Assembly: GCA_964247055.1 (NCBI GenBank)
Contig: OZ176056.1
Span: forward strand, 8,246,001-8,310,000
Source: Paragordius varius
Taxonomy: Eukaryota > Animalia > Nematomorpha
Direction of reading: 5' to 3'
DNA length: 64,000 nt
Shown: positions 14,301 to 29,600 of the stretch, one piece after another
How positions within the stretch are numbered: the first letter of the stretch is position 1
Layout of the letters: every line of letters begins with the position of its first letter
The notes under the pieces: generated by a model
The model's database searches: none
What the model was told of the DNA's origin: nothing
The model's input: the letters and a program-made list of their open reading frames with translations, nothing else
Translations under genes and position numbers: made by a program

Positions 14301-17300
14301 GTTATCATTCTCTCCAGGTGTGTCATTGATTCCATCATCCCTGGCTAATGATAAGATTTAAGAATTTTCTTTCAGTAAATATAAAATCAAATGATATAAT
14401 GCTTGATGGTTAAGCTAAACTTTTATAGATGATGGTGTAATAAAATATTTATGTGCCACACGCAAAATCATATACGTTTTTCCGTTTTATAAAAATATTC
14501 CTTTTTCTAAAGAAACCATATTTTGACAACAACCTTAAGTGTAATATATTTTATCGTTTTTGAGGTTGAAAAATAAGGAATTGAGATAAAAATTGGTAAC
14601 TAATCATGTTTGTTTTTGTGAATTCGTTATGAAAAGTTATATAGAAAGAATTAAGTTAGATAATATAAAAAAATTTAGTTTGGTGTGCTTTGTATTTATA
14701 TAATTTGATCGAAAAATTAGTAAAATAAAGTCTAAAAATCAGCGTTTGTGTATATTTTAAGCAAAGCATAACCAACATTTATGTAACTGATATGAAACTT
14801 ACCTTGATCAACGATTATTGTATTACGACTCATAGCTTCTACCTAGAATTATAGAGTGTACATTTTGTTAGAAAAATAGTAAACAAGCAATCAATTGCTA
14901 TAAAAAGCTATATTACCCCTCCATGCGTTTCTAAGCAATAAATTAAATATATAATAATTGGAATTATACGGACAAAATGTAAAAATATAAAGATGATATT
15001 TCAAACGACAACCAGATTTTTTGAACCATTTATTTCCCATAAAAATTATTTAATTATAATTGTAAATTTATAATTATTTGTTTTGCAATTACACAACTTT
15101 ATTTCATAATTTGCAATTTTAAATTATTAATATTAACGATTCAAATTGAGATATCTAAATACCCCATACTAAAGTTAGGATTTTTTAAAAACTACTGAAG
15201 GGAACAGTCCCAATTTAAGTTTATTTTTCTATCCTGCTAAAAATTATATAAATATGCCAAAATATCTAGATAAGATTTTGTTTAGAAAACTTCCATGTCA
15301 AACTACTTCGACGTTATTTTTATTTTACAAAATTTTTGCAAAATATCGCCTTCATTTAATTTTAAGGGTAAAATTAAAGCTTATTTTTGATTTAAATTAC
15401 ATCTAACATTGATAAAAATAGAAACGGTTTATTGTATATTTTTCAATTTTACCATTGCACACATGCGTTGACTAAATTTTTACCTTTTGGTTTTAACTTA
15501 AAATAGTGTTATCCAGTATTTTTGAAATTTAATTAAATTTCGGTTTATTAATGTTATATAAATGCAAAATTTCGCCATAGTTTTGATTCCTTCCATATTT
15601 TTAAAGAATTTAATTTTAAACAGGCCGGGAGTATTTAACTGCCACAATTTGAATCGAAGGACTAAAATGAATGTGCTGTATCCAAGTGTTAAAAAAATAT
15701 GGTTTAAAGTGTGTGGTTTGTCAGTAAAAAAATACGTAAATTTTACGTTTTGTCCGTACAATTATAATTTTGCATGTTTTTATAAATATTTGTTGAAAAA
15801 ATGTTGAAAAATAATTACGTATGGTATTTGTTAGACTGGGACGATCTAAAAATTTAATTATTTTATACACCATAAAAATAATAATGCGAAAAAATTCAAA
15901 AAAAATATATAACAATCAAAAAATGCAATTACTAGCAGCATATGGGTAAGTTAAGGTCGAATTGTTTATCGGATTAACATCCAACTGTTTTTCTATATAG
16001 ATATGTGGTACATTTTTTAAAATATTTGATTGGATTGATCAAAATTTACTATGATATAATTTAAAATACCCGTAGTTTCCTTTGTAACATTTTCTTTAGT
16101 ATTTTCATCAAAATCGTGAGGATCTTATCACATATAAAAAATTAATATTTATTAGTAAGGTCTGACTGGTGACACTAAAATTAAATATTAAAACAAATAT
16201 TTTTTTTTACTAAAAGACTAACACCTAGAATTAATATATTTGACTTTTTTTGAAATGTATCTCATTGTTTGAAATTGCAAGTAAGAAATAGAGATGTATA
16301 TTATAGAAACTTAAATGATACATTTGTAATTAATTTATATGAGACAAATTAAATCTTAAAATTATAGATATTTATCAAATAAAACGTATAATTTTAACTT
16401 TTACTGTGTGACCATTTTGAGGCCCTTTTTAAAAACTGATCAAATTAGAATTTTTAAACAAGATTGGGTTAACAGTTAATCCAACCCATATTTTTACAAA
16501 TTCAATTTTTAATTAGAAATCATGAAAAATTATATTGTAATCATATTTATATAAAGGGAATATGTATAAATTTGTAATACCTTGATAGAAAATAGATGTC
16601 TTGTTATTTATCCATTGTTGCTAGTAGAAAATGAGAAAGTTAATACATTACTTATTAGCTCAATAAATTACACGTTTTGTAAATATTTAAAACTATAAAT
16701 TTGTTTTTCTTTACACCTCAAAATATTGTTAAAAATGGAAAGAAAATTGGTTAAAATATTGTTTATAATAATCAGTACATTTAATATATATATATATATA
16801 TAGTATATTTAATGTAACAAACCCCTCCAAATGGAACTAAAAAATTATATATGTAAATTGATATTATTCTAAGTGATATTATATTCTACAACATTTTTTA
16901 TAATAATTTAGGCCTAATTCTTATAGATTGATTTTGTCCTTTTAAAACAAGGGTGCTCAACACCCGGCACGCCTGCTCTATGCGGTAAAAAACTATGTTA
17001 CTCCGTAAAAAAATGATAAAATTGGCAATTTTTACAAAATACCATAATTTGCACATGTATGATACAAAAAAATTTCAATTAATTGAAACTTTATATAATA
17101 ACTTTTGAAAAAGTGTTTTCCAATGAAACTATCCCAAATTGGTAAAATAAAAACTGGTTTTATAGTAGTCTTAAAACATTTTTTATTGCTTTATGTTTGA
17201 AATTATAAACAAATTATTATAGGCTAATTGATATAATGCTTCCCGCCAGATTATGTAAGCACAAAATGACGCCTGCAGCAAAGCTATTTGTATTGAATAC

Positions 17301-17378
17301 CCTTGTTATTCTAATATTATTAGAGTATAAAAAATTTACATGGGTTAAATTGTGAGAAGGTTTGATTTTGTCCTATAT

Positions 17379-17421
<43 letters not shown>

Positions 17422-20400
17422 TACCAATATTATCTTAATAGTATTTTTTGATTTTTTCGAATATAATTTAAAAATTTAAACAAATATGTATTACCTTTCT
17501 TGATTGGTAATGTGTAATTTACTGAAAAATGAATTTGGAATAAATAAAGTTTAGTAAATTGCTATAAGTTTGGTTCAGAAAAATTATACATAAAAATTGA
17601 ACATAATATACTTTTTTGGGACCCATTAGTGACAGGGATGTATTGAGAAATGTTATCTGTTGAAATGACAATATAATTTAAAATCATTTCAGGTAATGTT
17701 ACACAGATTTACAGATAGATACTCCCGGGACATACCAAATAGTTTAAGATTAATAACAAAGGATAAATTTGATAAATTAAACGATGGATATAGTTCCTAT
17801 CAACTATGAGTAACGATAAAAAATAGTGGCAAAATCAAAGGGTTAAGAGCAAATATAATAAATGGATATCAGAAAAGAGTTTAGAGACAGCAGAAAAGAG
17901 GAAAAAAGCTAAGAGGTGATAATAATATTGTTAAAATATTTAACAAAGAATTTCAACGACAAACATGAAAGGTTTTTAAAGAGTTTCTCAATATACAATG
18001 CCTGGAAAGAAAATTAAAAAATGTTTAATAGAGCCAATGTTCCAGAGATTGAAGCAATTAACTCACAAATAATCATCCAAAAAAATTAAAAAAAAGAATG
18101 GTACCATATTCTGCAACATATGAGAAAGATGAAGAAAAAACACCCAAAACCTTTATCAGGCGCCTCAAGCAAAACGATTACTATTAACAAAGTAATACGG
18201 TGAATCAAATATATCAAGAAAGGTGAAATAGCCTTAAAAAAATTCCTAACAACAAAGTAATGGGATTAGACAATATTCCAATAGGGTTAAAAGCTTTTCC
18301 AAAACGTTAAATAAGTTATGCCAAAGTATGTGGGAAGCATGGGTGGCAAAAATACTAAATATCATCGGTATTTCTTTCAATATACAAAAAAGGTAATACA
18401 CTTCAGTGCGAAAACTACCAAAAAATAGCTCTGATTAGCCACGCTAGAAGGTCATGATAAGAATAATGAGATGCACAGTATTATACAGTCAAAACAAAAT
18501 TAGCCCGGATTTATGGAGTGAAAATGCACAAGAGACTATATGTCAAACATAAGAAGGACAGTGGAAAAAGGTGTTTCAGAAAGGATTATGCATGTGTTTT
18601 ATTGATTAGTAAAAACAAAGAGGGATTATTAGAACATCAGCGGGGGATACAGAAGAAATACCTACCTAAGTAGTCAGACAAGGGAGGTGCTTACCCCCAT
18701 ATATGTTCAATATGTGCACAGAAATGAATAAAGACAAAATTAGATGATAAGAATATGGGGGTAAAAATAATTGGGAAAACAATCAATGATTTAAGGTTTG
18801 CAGATGATACCACCCTTATAGCTGAAAGTGTAAACGATTTAATGGAATCGGTCGAAGAGATTCGCACTGAAAGTTGTGTTATTATCTTATGCCTAACCGA
18901 AATAAAACCAAAATATTAGGCACTAAAAAAACCTATAATATAGATGGGGTTTAAATATAACTATTAAATCAACTAACGCTGTTGGCTTAGTATAATTTGC
19001 GAAGATAATAGGATTGGGTAGGGAAGCGATGACGAAATTAACAATGATATGTAGAAATAAAAGTGTAGTTGATACTAAAAAAACTGAATTGTTTTCTGCC
19101 GGTCACCACATATGGTGAGAGCTGGACTCTCAGAAAAAGAGACAAATAAATTCTGATGGCTTAGGGAGCTATTGGCGCAAGATACTAGGATACACATGGA
19201 AAGATAAAATTAATAATTGAAAAGCTAAATAGACAGATAGATCATCCCACAAATATATTAGAGATAATTTAAACGTTAACATATTTTGGTCATGTTGCCA
19301 TGAGATCTAATTCTTTAGAGAACGACATTATGTTGTAGAAGAAGGGCAAAGGAAACGAGCCAAACAGAGATTTAATTAGACATGATAGAGGAGACTAAAA
19401 TGACATTGAACGAGTTGAATGTAGCGAAAGATACAAATAAGTGGAAATCAATAGTGAAAACTATATCCAACAACTCGACTTAAGAATAACCAACCAACCA
19501 TATCAAATATTTAATACAATAAAAGACCATTTATTATTTTATAACTTTGAAGTAATAATATAAATGTAAAATCCATTTTTTGTCAGACGTAAAATTAATG
19601 TTAGAACCATTATTTTATTAAAAAAATCCACCGTGTCTTATGGAACCGTAAATTTCTCGCATAAAATCGAAATTTTTGCGTAAAATTTTAGTTTTAATTC
19701 TAATATCTTAATTAAAGCATGTCTTTAATTAGTTTTTCCAAAAACATGAATTTTATTAATATACTTAGATATGGGGCTAAATTTGAGATGAGCCAATTAG
19801 TCTCGTTATCTATATGTAATAAAATAAATAAAAACTATTTATTGACATTATATTTTGGTAATAGAAAATTTAATTTTACCAGTTACTAAAATTACAAAAT
19901 ATATGAGTAAAGATTAAATCACACTATTTTAATGGATGGGAAATATTGACAAAATAAACTTACAAGTAGTATTAATGGTATAATTTTCTATAATAAATTA
20001 ATATTTATATATTGGGAACATCTATTAAAAATATAATTGTTTGTGCTAACAATATATATATATTATAAAATTTGACCCGCTATTGATCAGTTAATATTCA
20101 CGTATACCATTTTTAAGTGAAAAGCAAGAGTTTTTTTAACAAAATACAACAAAGCGCAACAATTTACAAGCGAAACTGTAAAAAATAAACTTTAGCCTGA
20201 ATGTTACATTTGGATGAAAAATTGTTACGTTTGCTTAAATATTGCGGTTTTTTTGAAAAATGATAAAATGTTTTTTCACTGAAAAATAATATATACATCT
20301 TTAAAAAGAATAATGGATCCTGTTTAGAATGAGTGTAGAAATACATTTTAATTATTTATGAACAGCAAACCGCAGTTTAACATCATTGCTTCTAATGTAC

Positions 20401-23400
20401 ATAACTGCCAAACACCAATGCTAAAACCTATTTAAACTGTTTATATACCATTTTCAATCAAAAGCAACACTTTTTCAACCAAATGCAACATTTTATACCC
20501 AAATGCAACATTTTTCCAGCAAACGCCCTATTTGGAGCTAAAATGTTGTTGAAGGATGTTGGGTTTGGATGGAAAGTTGCGTTTGCTTGAAAAAATGTTG
20601 TGGAAATAATTGCGTCTGCTTGAAAAAAATGTTGCATTTGATTGAAAAAGTGTTACTTTTGACTTAAAATGGTATATTTCGGTACATTTGCATTTACACT
20701 ATTTTTTAGAGTGCTTGGATATTTTAAAAATCCGATAATTGAAACACATATATTATTTTATATTTGTTACCTTATGCATTACTCATATGTTAGATTTTTC
20801 AGTGTTTTAATCAAAATATTATAAACACTCCATGGCCTTTGGGAGTTTATCCCGCTTAATTTAGCCATTATACAAAAAATTGTTAAAAACGTAAATTGTG
20901 TAAAATACTAATCTCAAACTTTTCGCCCTCATTTTTATTCTTTAAAAATTTTTGAATCGGTAATGCCACAGAACAATATAATATAATTAGAAAATATAAA
21001 TAATTAACTATAGAGTGCTTTCAGAGTGCATTTTACCAGAAACTTTATATATTTTTATTTTAATGGCTTGATTCCATACTGTTTGGAACTGTGATAATTT
21101 TAGAAGTCACAAAACTTAAAAAAATATAAATTTTTTATCTAATGAGAGCAATGTTTGATAAAATAACTAAAATATCTTTTAAAAAACAGTAGTTTATTTA
21201 CTAAAGCATCGGGATATAGCCCAATATGTCAACTAGGACAAATGAAAAAGTTATCAAGTGTTAAAAAAACACGCACACACTTATTTTACCTAATATTTAA
21301 TTTATAATTAATTGAAATTTATTTAGGATATTTATATGCAATTATATGAAATGTACCTGAAATGGCGTTGACTTTTAGCTGCAATCCATGGGGCAAAAAT
21401 GTGATATTTCCGCCTAAAAAACATAAAAGCTGCCGTAATAAATTGATATGGCAAATATTTGTAGATTTCCTGAATTATTGTTTTAAAATATGCTTATTCA
21501 CTTATTTATTATAGAAATGATTCATTTTTACATAATTTTTCTATGCTTAATATTAAATTTATTCTATTAAAATAGTTAAAATACCGTCGTGAGCGTAATG
21601 CAATAGTTGTTTCAAACTGATCAATTCTATTGTGTAATAACAATTTCAATTTTGCAGTAAAATTAAAATTATACAGTAAAAACATAAAAAGTAAAAATAT
21701 TTCATCTAAAACAAATGAACTTATAAACGCAATCATTTGGTTGTAAAACAAGAAAAAGTGATAAATTGGTAAATATGTAATCGTTTAGAATAAATAAAAA
21801 ATCATCAGTTTTTTAAATATTATTCTAAGAGGTTTTACGATTTGCATTTATAATTTAATATTTATAATGAAAGTTTTAGTGGTAAAGATAAATATATTAC
21901 GTATCAAGTCCTCCATACCTAATATTGTATATAAATGAGTTTTATAGGAAATCTACGGAATAAATATATATAGATAAAAATATTTACGTTTCAATGTGCA
22001 ATTCAAATCTAAATCATAATATAAAATATACTTATACATATTTTCCCTACAATATTTAATATATAAAAGTTTTCGTATATTTTAAGTCCCCTATGTAAAT
22101 ATTTCTGACGAAATGACATATACCTATACGGATTGCATTTATAGGGCATTCAAAATAATTTATTTAGTTCAAAACGTAAGATTGATAATTCAAAAACAAT
22201 CTAACAATTTTTACTAGGACATAACTGAAAAAATTATTTTAACATGTATTTTACTAAAAGATTTTTATACAAATTTTCGCAAATAATGGATCTCCATATA
22301 TTTTTCGGTCCGCAATTACAGTCTCAAAGGGCCGCGTGTTGGATTCTTGGAGTCAAAATTGTTTTTAGATATTTTGTTATACCACTTTAATATAAATTAA
22401 AAATAGACAATACTGACATATGTTTGGTGTAGATTTATAAATGCTTCAACATTTAAAAAAGTGGCGTCTTTTGAAAAGCGATTGGAGATTTTATCGTTGG
22501 GCCGATAGTTGCTTATTAAAATAATTAGGAAAAATACTTAATAACATATTAATAATGTAAAAATGATCAAATTGATTGGTAAAATTTCACTAGTTTCTTA
22601 TCCTCAAAGAGGACTCATTTTTACACTGATTATATGATTGCGGAAAATGTAAATTTAAAATAAAATCTTAAGAGATATACATTGCTTTAATATACTATAA
22701 TTTAAACTTAATTATAATAATATCTATGGATTTATTATATATTTTAATTACACAAATCAAATTCAACTTAAAAATCTTAGCACAATGTATGCCCTAGGAA
22801 TTTTTTACAGTATTTCAATTTCGTCATATAATATACACAGATTATTATGCACTCATATAATCAGATTTAAAGTAAACCCACCCCCTGAGGATTCAAAATT
22901 AGTCGCTGAGATTTTACTATTTTTTTAAATTTGCTATATAAATAAATTTATTATTTTTATACTTATTGCAATAAAATCTTTCTTTTCACTTTAATAAAAT
23001 ATGTTCGGATTGATTTAATGAAATATCGTATACTTATTCAATAGATAGCATGCGAAGTTATGTGTTTTATTATAAAATTAGTGGGTTAATGTACTAAGGC
23101 AGGGGGTTCCAACACTAATGGCTTCGAGGACCGCTATTTCGGAACATAAAACCGACAGGCGGCATTCAAATATATGTCATTAACTAATATTTTATTGGAT
23201 TTTGGAGTTAAGAATGAAAAAATAAATATATATTTTAAATTACTAGTTTCAAGCCAGAGTTCGGAAAGATTTATCGCAGTTGTAAGATTAAAAAATTTTT
23301 CTTAGATTTCGTAAAATTTTAAATAAGATTGCTCGCGGACCCTAGAAACATTTTGGAGGACCAGGTCATAAATTTTAAGCATTATTACAAGTTACAGATA

Positions 23401-23604
23401 TCTATTTAAAAATTTGTTAAATAAAATACCTATAGTTTTTGATTTCAGTGATTTCATCCAGGCTATAATTGGAATGTGTGAAAAATGTTAAAATTTTACA
23501 CAAAATAACCGTGTGTCGATTTGAAAAAGTAAATTTATATAATTAAAGCTAAGTTTTTTAAATTTTTTCATGGAGTAAATTAGTTTTGTTTTCTGATAAA
23601 TAAT

Positions 23605-23652
<48 letters not shown>

Positions 23653-26600
23653 GGTAAAAAGATTGCTCCATTTGACTATGAAGCTACATTTTAAAGTAGA
23701 GATTCACCGGGTTCGAATAAGCCCTACAGTTTTAAAATATGACATGAAACCTATTTTTATTTAATACATAGTGCGGATGTTTTAGTTGATAAATGCATAT
23801 ATTTGAATATGATCTTTAAAAATGCATGGAAAACTCGTTAATTTAATTTTTCCGTTTTTATAAATTTATAATTTTTTGATCATGAGCCGGCATTTACCAA
23901 AAGAACTCTCTATAATATATATATATATATTTATTGAAGCCTAAATTTTTGAATCGTATATTTATACCTTTAGATTGAATTATTTTACAACTTATATTAT
24001 AAAAATGCCAAAACGATATTTATTTTTGTATTTCGGCTGATATTTTTTTACAATACAGAAATTATATGCATATCATATGTTTTCAGAAATTTTGGAGCGT
24101 TTTTTCATCGGTTAAAGTAAGTAGGGATAAAATGTAACATAATATATTTTATTGTAAATTGCATTATATGCATCAAAACAAATAGATTAAAATTTTAAAG
24201 ATTGCTTAGGCTTTTTATTATAATTCTGTTTTACGATGGAAATTTAAAATTAAAATTGTCTTGGCTTCTAGCTTTTATGTAATCGTTCATTAAATATTTT
24301 AATTTTGGTGTAATATAGCTTGGAAATTAGGTTTGTGCCCTAAAAATCTCTAGATTATTTTTATAAAATTGGTTTTACATTAATAAAAATTAGAAAAAGT
24401 ATAGCTCGGTATTGCTCAGTTAGGGTCATAGTCTTCTCAAATTTTTGAGAGCTGTACAATAACATATATATCTTCTCAATAGTTATTTGTCATTAAAATA
24501 CATAAATATTATCTAACTATTCCTGCCAACAAAATATCTAGGTTAAGGATATTAAAGCTATGTATTAGAATATAATAACATTAAATTTACCTTTTAGAGA
24601 CTTTGTTTTTACTATTCAAATTGATTTTTAATATAAATTGGTTTATAAGCTAATGTAAATTATTTACTTATCATATAGATCACCGATTTAAAAAGGAGAG
24701 GGGTTGATTGATTCTTATAAGCTATATAAAAAAATTATCATATAAAAAATTAAACAAATATTAAAATTTAATTAGCGTTTGTTCTTTTTAAAATTTAATA
24801 ATTGAATTTTTTTAAATTATAATGTGGTAACTTTGAGTTAAAATTATTCTTCAAAACAAGTATAAAATTGTTACACACTGCATTAAAAAGGACGATTGTA
24901 TAAAATCTCCTGATAATCTCAGAAAAAATATATTAGGATAATCATGGGGCTTTTGGTTTTGGGCTTTACGATTGATATAAGAAATTCATTTCTCTTTATT
25001 TGGTAATTACTCCTAAAAAGTCTCAAAATTATTCCTATCATATCTAATAAATATTTGATAAGAGCTAATCTTCGCACCAAAAAACATCATTATTAAAATT
25101 TAACTTAAACTATAAAAAAGCGAAACATTTTTTATATCAAATTTAAAAATTTTAGATGGCGACTAATTTTTGTAATTCCCTCAGAAACGAGTGATTTTTA
25201 GAAAATATGCATGCCGAAATGGTGTGATAAGAATTTTTAATAGATTATAAAATCAAAAATTTTAATGAATATTTTTTCAAGCATACTTCATGGTATTTTA
25301 ACGCATATGAATGGTAAAAAATGCTTTAAATATTTTGAGAAATCTGTACGGGCTAAAGCGTGCTCACAAAAATTCACATTTAAATGTAAAAAAGTTTAAT
25401 ATAAATCTGAAATTGAAATTATATAAAAAAAAGTGTATTTATATTTTAACCATGCTTCAAAATACATAAGTACGCTTTAACATATGCAAAAATAAATTAA
25501 ATCAAAGTATACACTTTTTATATAATCTCCTAATATAACCAATACAAATTCTTATACCGCAATCTCAACATTTTTGCGTTTCTTATAAAATAACCCATTA
25601 TGAAAGCCGAAAATTTAGTATAAAGTTTTATATAAATTTGGTAATGCTATAAATTATTTTATAAAAAATTTTTCGATACACCTAAACACTTCATTTAGTC
25701 AAATGTGCGGTTAGAGAGCAATTCCTAAAAGTGCAAATAGCCTTAAAACCAAAATCACCCTAAGAATCCAGATATCTTTTCTTATATTATATTATGTTTT
25801 CCTTCAACATTGTTGTGTTATGCGTTGTGTTATCTGATTGTCAAAAAAATATTCGTTTTTAACATTATCAAATTTTATTGTTATAATTTTTTTTAAAATT
25901 CATATAAATGTTGGGGTGTGAACTCACACAATTTTTGAAAAACTGCTATCCTCTTTAATTACATCAAAAAAATATATTAATATAAGGCATTTTTTTATTA
26001 ACATATATTTTTTGTGGATTGAAAATTATAGCGATCAATAAAGCAGTAAAATAAATAATAAATATAAAATACTAGATAACAAAATTTATTTTAATTGAGT
26101 TAACTTTTACAATTTTAAAAATTGTTAATAATATTACTTTGGACTATATATATAAAATATATATTTATATACTAAAAAGGCATTTACAAGCTAAAAATAA
26201 AGTTTTTAGCATTATAAAAAGAAAACAAAATTTTTAAAAATTAATATGAAAAAATACTTATAAAAGATGTTTTATTTGTTGATTCGTCTAACAAAATAAA
26301 TATAATAGATTTAACTGATATAATATATGGCATATCTACAGCCCCAAAACAGGCAAAAATTTTATAATTTTTACATGAAAATCTATTCATGTTAAAATTC
26401 AATTTTGGTTTGTTTGTTTGTTTAGGATTTATATAGATACACTGAACAAAGGGCTTTAAGTATCCTAAAAAATTGTCTCTAAATATTATATCTAAGAATA
26501 TTTTTATATGAAGTGTTTCACTTTAATTTACCGCAAAAAACTAAAAGACAAATATTTTATATAATACTGCCCTACATTTTACACATTTATATAACGTTTC

Positions 26601-29600
26601 ATCTTTAGTGAATGTTAGAGTGTAAATTATAATAATTTTCTTGATTAACATTCAACAATATGCAGAAAAATCAAATTTCAAAAGTGTGGCTGTTTTATAA
26701 ATATTTATTAGTCTTTAATAATGAAACATTTTTTAGCAATATTTTAATGTTTACTGTATGCAAATAGAGCGCGTAATTTATGATTTAATACTTTCATCTA
26801 TAGATTTAAGTTTCTGCACCGATTTAAAATTATTTAAAAAAAGTTTTTTGCGTTAATTTAAGCAAGTAAAAATATCGGAAACCCAAGATGGTGATTAAAT
26901 ATAAGAATAAAGTTGTTAAGGTTTAATTGATTTTTAATCCCCCTAAAGTTATTTATGATTAGGAGTTCGAGTTCATATGACACCAAAATTACCAATACAA
27001 ACTAATCCAGATTGATTTAAAAATGAATAAGTATGCATTGACTTTATATTTTTCATAATATTGTAAAGTTTAAGGAGGAGATATTTCTCTGAAAATCAAA
27101 TATGTGAAAATGTTTAATAAACTGTCAAATCCGACAGGATCATAATATTATGCAGTACAGCACACTCTTCACATTCTAAATTTATTCATTTTGCAAAAAA
27201 ATAAAAATTTGTTTCAAAAGCAGGGTAATTTTAAGTGAATCCTAGAAACCCCAGAGTAGTGGAATATAAATATATCTTACTTAATTGACGGGTAACTAAA
27301 TTTTTGATCAAAGAAGAAATTATAAACAAAAATATTTTATATAAATTATTATAATGTAAAAATAATATATATAATTTATACATTTTTGAACAAATTCCGA
27401 AAAGTTTGTTTGATTGATGTCGCCTATATAAAAGTTGATAAAAATATTAATTTCTGTAAAATTGTAAAGTTCTCATAAAAATCGATATGTTACTTGTTTT
27501 ATTCATTTTCTCCAAAACTAAACAAAAAAAAAACAAATTATAACTTTGCATTTTATTATTCTTTGTCTTAATATTTAATTGAAATAATCGGCACAACAAT
27601 TTACACTGTAAAAGATATTTCCTTAAAAAAATAGCCGACATACTAGTGTACAGACGTATATATATATATATATATATATACTGTGTGAAAAAAAATTTTT
27701 TTTTAACAAAATATTTTTTTATGAAATATTTTTTGATCAGCGTATGCATTTACCGCCAAAATTACTATTTGTTGACGACCTAGTTTATGAAATATTGAGA
27801 AAAAATCGAAATCGGGCAAAAAGTGAAAATTAAGGATAATTAAGGATAATTCAAAAAAATAAAGATAAAATCTGAAATATTATCGTTTATTATCATTTTA
27901 AGAGATATTTTCAATATATAAATATCCTGAAATCATATAGTCAGGGTTTCTATAAAATTTCAGGTCAAAAGATGGCGTTTTTTATCACACTTAAAAGACA
28001 AAAAAAAATTAATGAAACTATATTAAAAATATTTTTTTTCAATTATTTACTACCTAAACTCACTATTAAAATCTTAACATTCATATTTTATTCAGGAAAA
28101 TAAACTTCTATATCAAAATAAAACCAAAATTATTGTTTTTTATTTTTGCATTTTTTTGTCATCTGGTTTATGCGTGTATAAAAAATTTATACTGTATTAT
28201 TTTAGATTCTTACATGAGTGGGAATTATAAAGTATATAATTTATGCTAATAGGATTGAAATTTAGTGGAATATCAACCAACAATCCGTACAAATCCCAAT
28301 AAAATATTAATTTGTCATAAAACAGACTTGTTACAGGAAATTGTAAGGATTGTTGGTTGATATTCCACTACTTTTAAACCCTATTTTGCATAAATTATAT
28401 ATTTAATAAGTAAACATGTAAGAATCCAAAATAAAACAATATAAATTTTTTATATACTCATAAACCTGACAAAAAAATGAAAAAATAAAAAACATTTTTT
28501 TTGTTTAATTTTGATATAGATGTTTACTATAAAAATATGAATTTTAAGATTTTACTAGTGAGTTTAACTAGTATACACTATTTTAATATAGTCATGATAT
28601 TTTTTCTCTCTTTTAAGTGTGTTAAAAAAGCCATCTTTTGTGAGTTCTAGATAGCCTAACTATATGATTTTAGACTATTTTATTGAAAATATCTCCTAAA
28701 ATGATAATACATCATAATATCTCAAATCTTATTTTTCGAATTTTATTGAGTATCCCTAATTTTCACTTTTTGCCCGATTTCGATTATCTCTAAAAACTAG
28801 GTCGTCCAAATCAAAATTGTTGCGGTAAATAAATACGAAGCTATCTCATGAAAAAAAAATTATTTTTAAAAAATTAACCCTCTTTTTTGCACACAGTGTA
28901 TATATACCATTTACAATTCATATTCACCCTTGAACAATTCATATTCACCCTTGAACAATTTAAATTCACCTTAAAATTACATGATGTGTTTTCGGCTTAA
29001 CTCATATTAAATATATTCTTATAGCATAGCTTATTATATGTTCAATATTATATTAAATTTAAATAAAATTTTATTTTTTAAAAATATAAAAAAGGTAATT
29101 TTAATCTTAAAAAACACATAACTTATTTTAGGGGAATTTGAATTGTTCAAGGGTGAATTTGAATTGTTTAAGGGTGAATTTGAATTGTTAATGGTATATG
29201 TATATATTGTTAATAATATGAAACCGATCGGTTTTTTATTATACGCCTATACCGGAAATTGAAATTTAGACAAAACACTCAACGTAACAGATTTTTATTT
29301 TTCGAATAAACGAGAAATTTAAATTTTTCAAATAACTAAAAAGATGTGAATCGATAATCTCATTTATTTTATCATGTATATATAGAGAGAGTCTAAACGT
29401 AAAATATAATCAATAAATATATATTTTTTTTTTAAAAAAAATATTAGTCTATAACTTTTTTTATCTTATCTTCAATTTAGCTTTATTTGACCACATAACA
29501 GTGGGTATGTTTGTTTACCATATAAAAAATGGACATAGGGAAAAAACTAAAGAAAAATACTTTTTTTGAAAAAACCATGACCACACTAGTTTAAACCGTA

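Noticed and set aside
27125-27177. CAVLHNI, resembling a PIF/Harbinger motif
   Set aside because: Isolated 17-codon stretch with no other transposase motifs.
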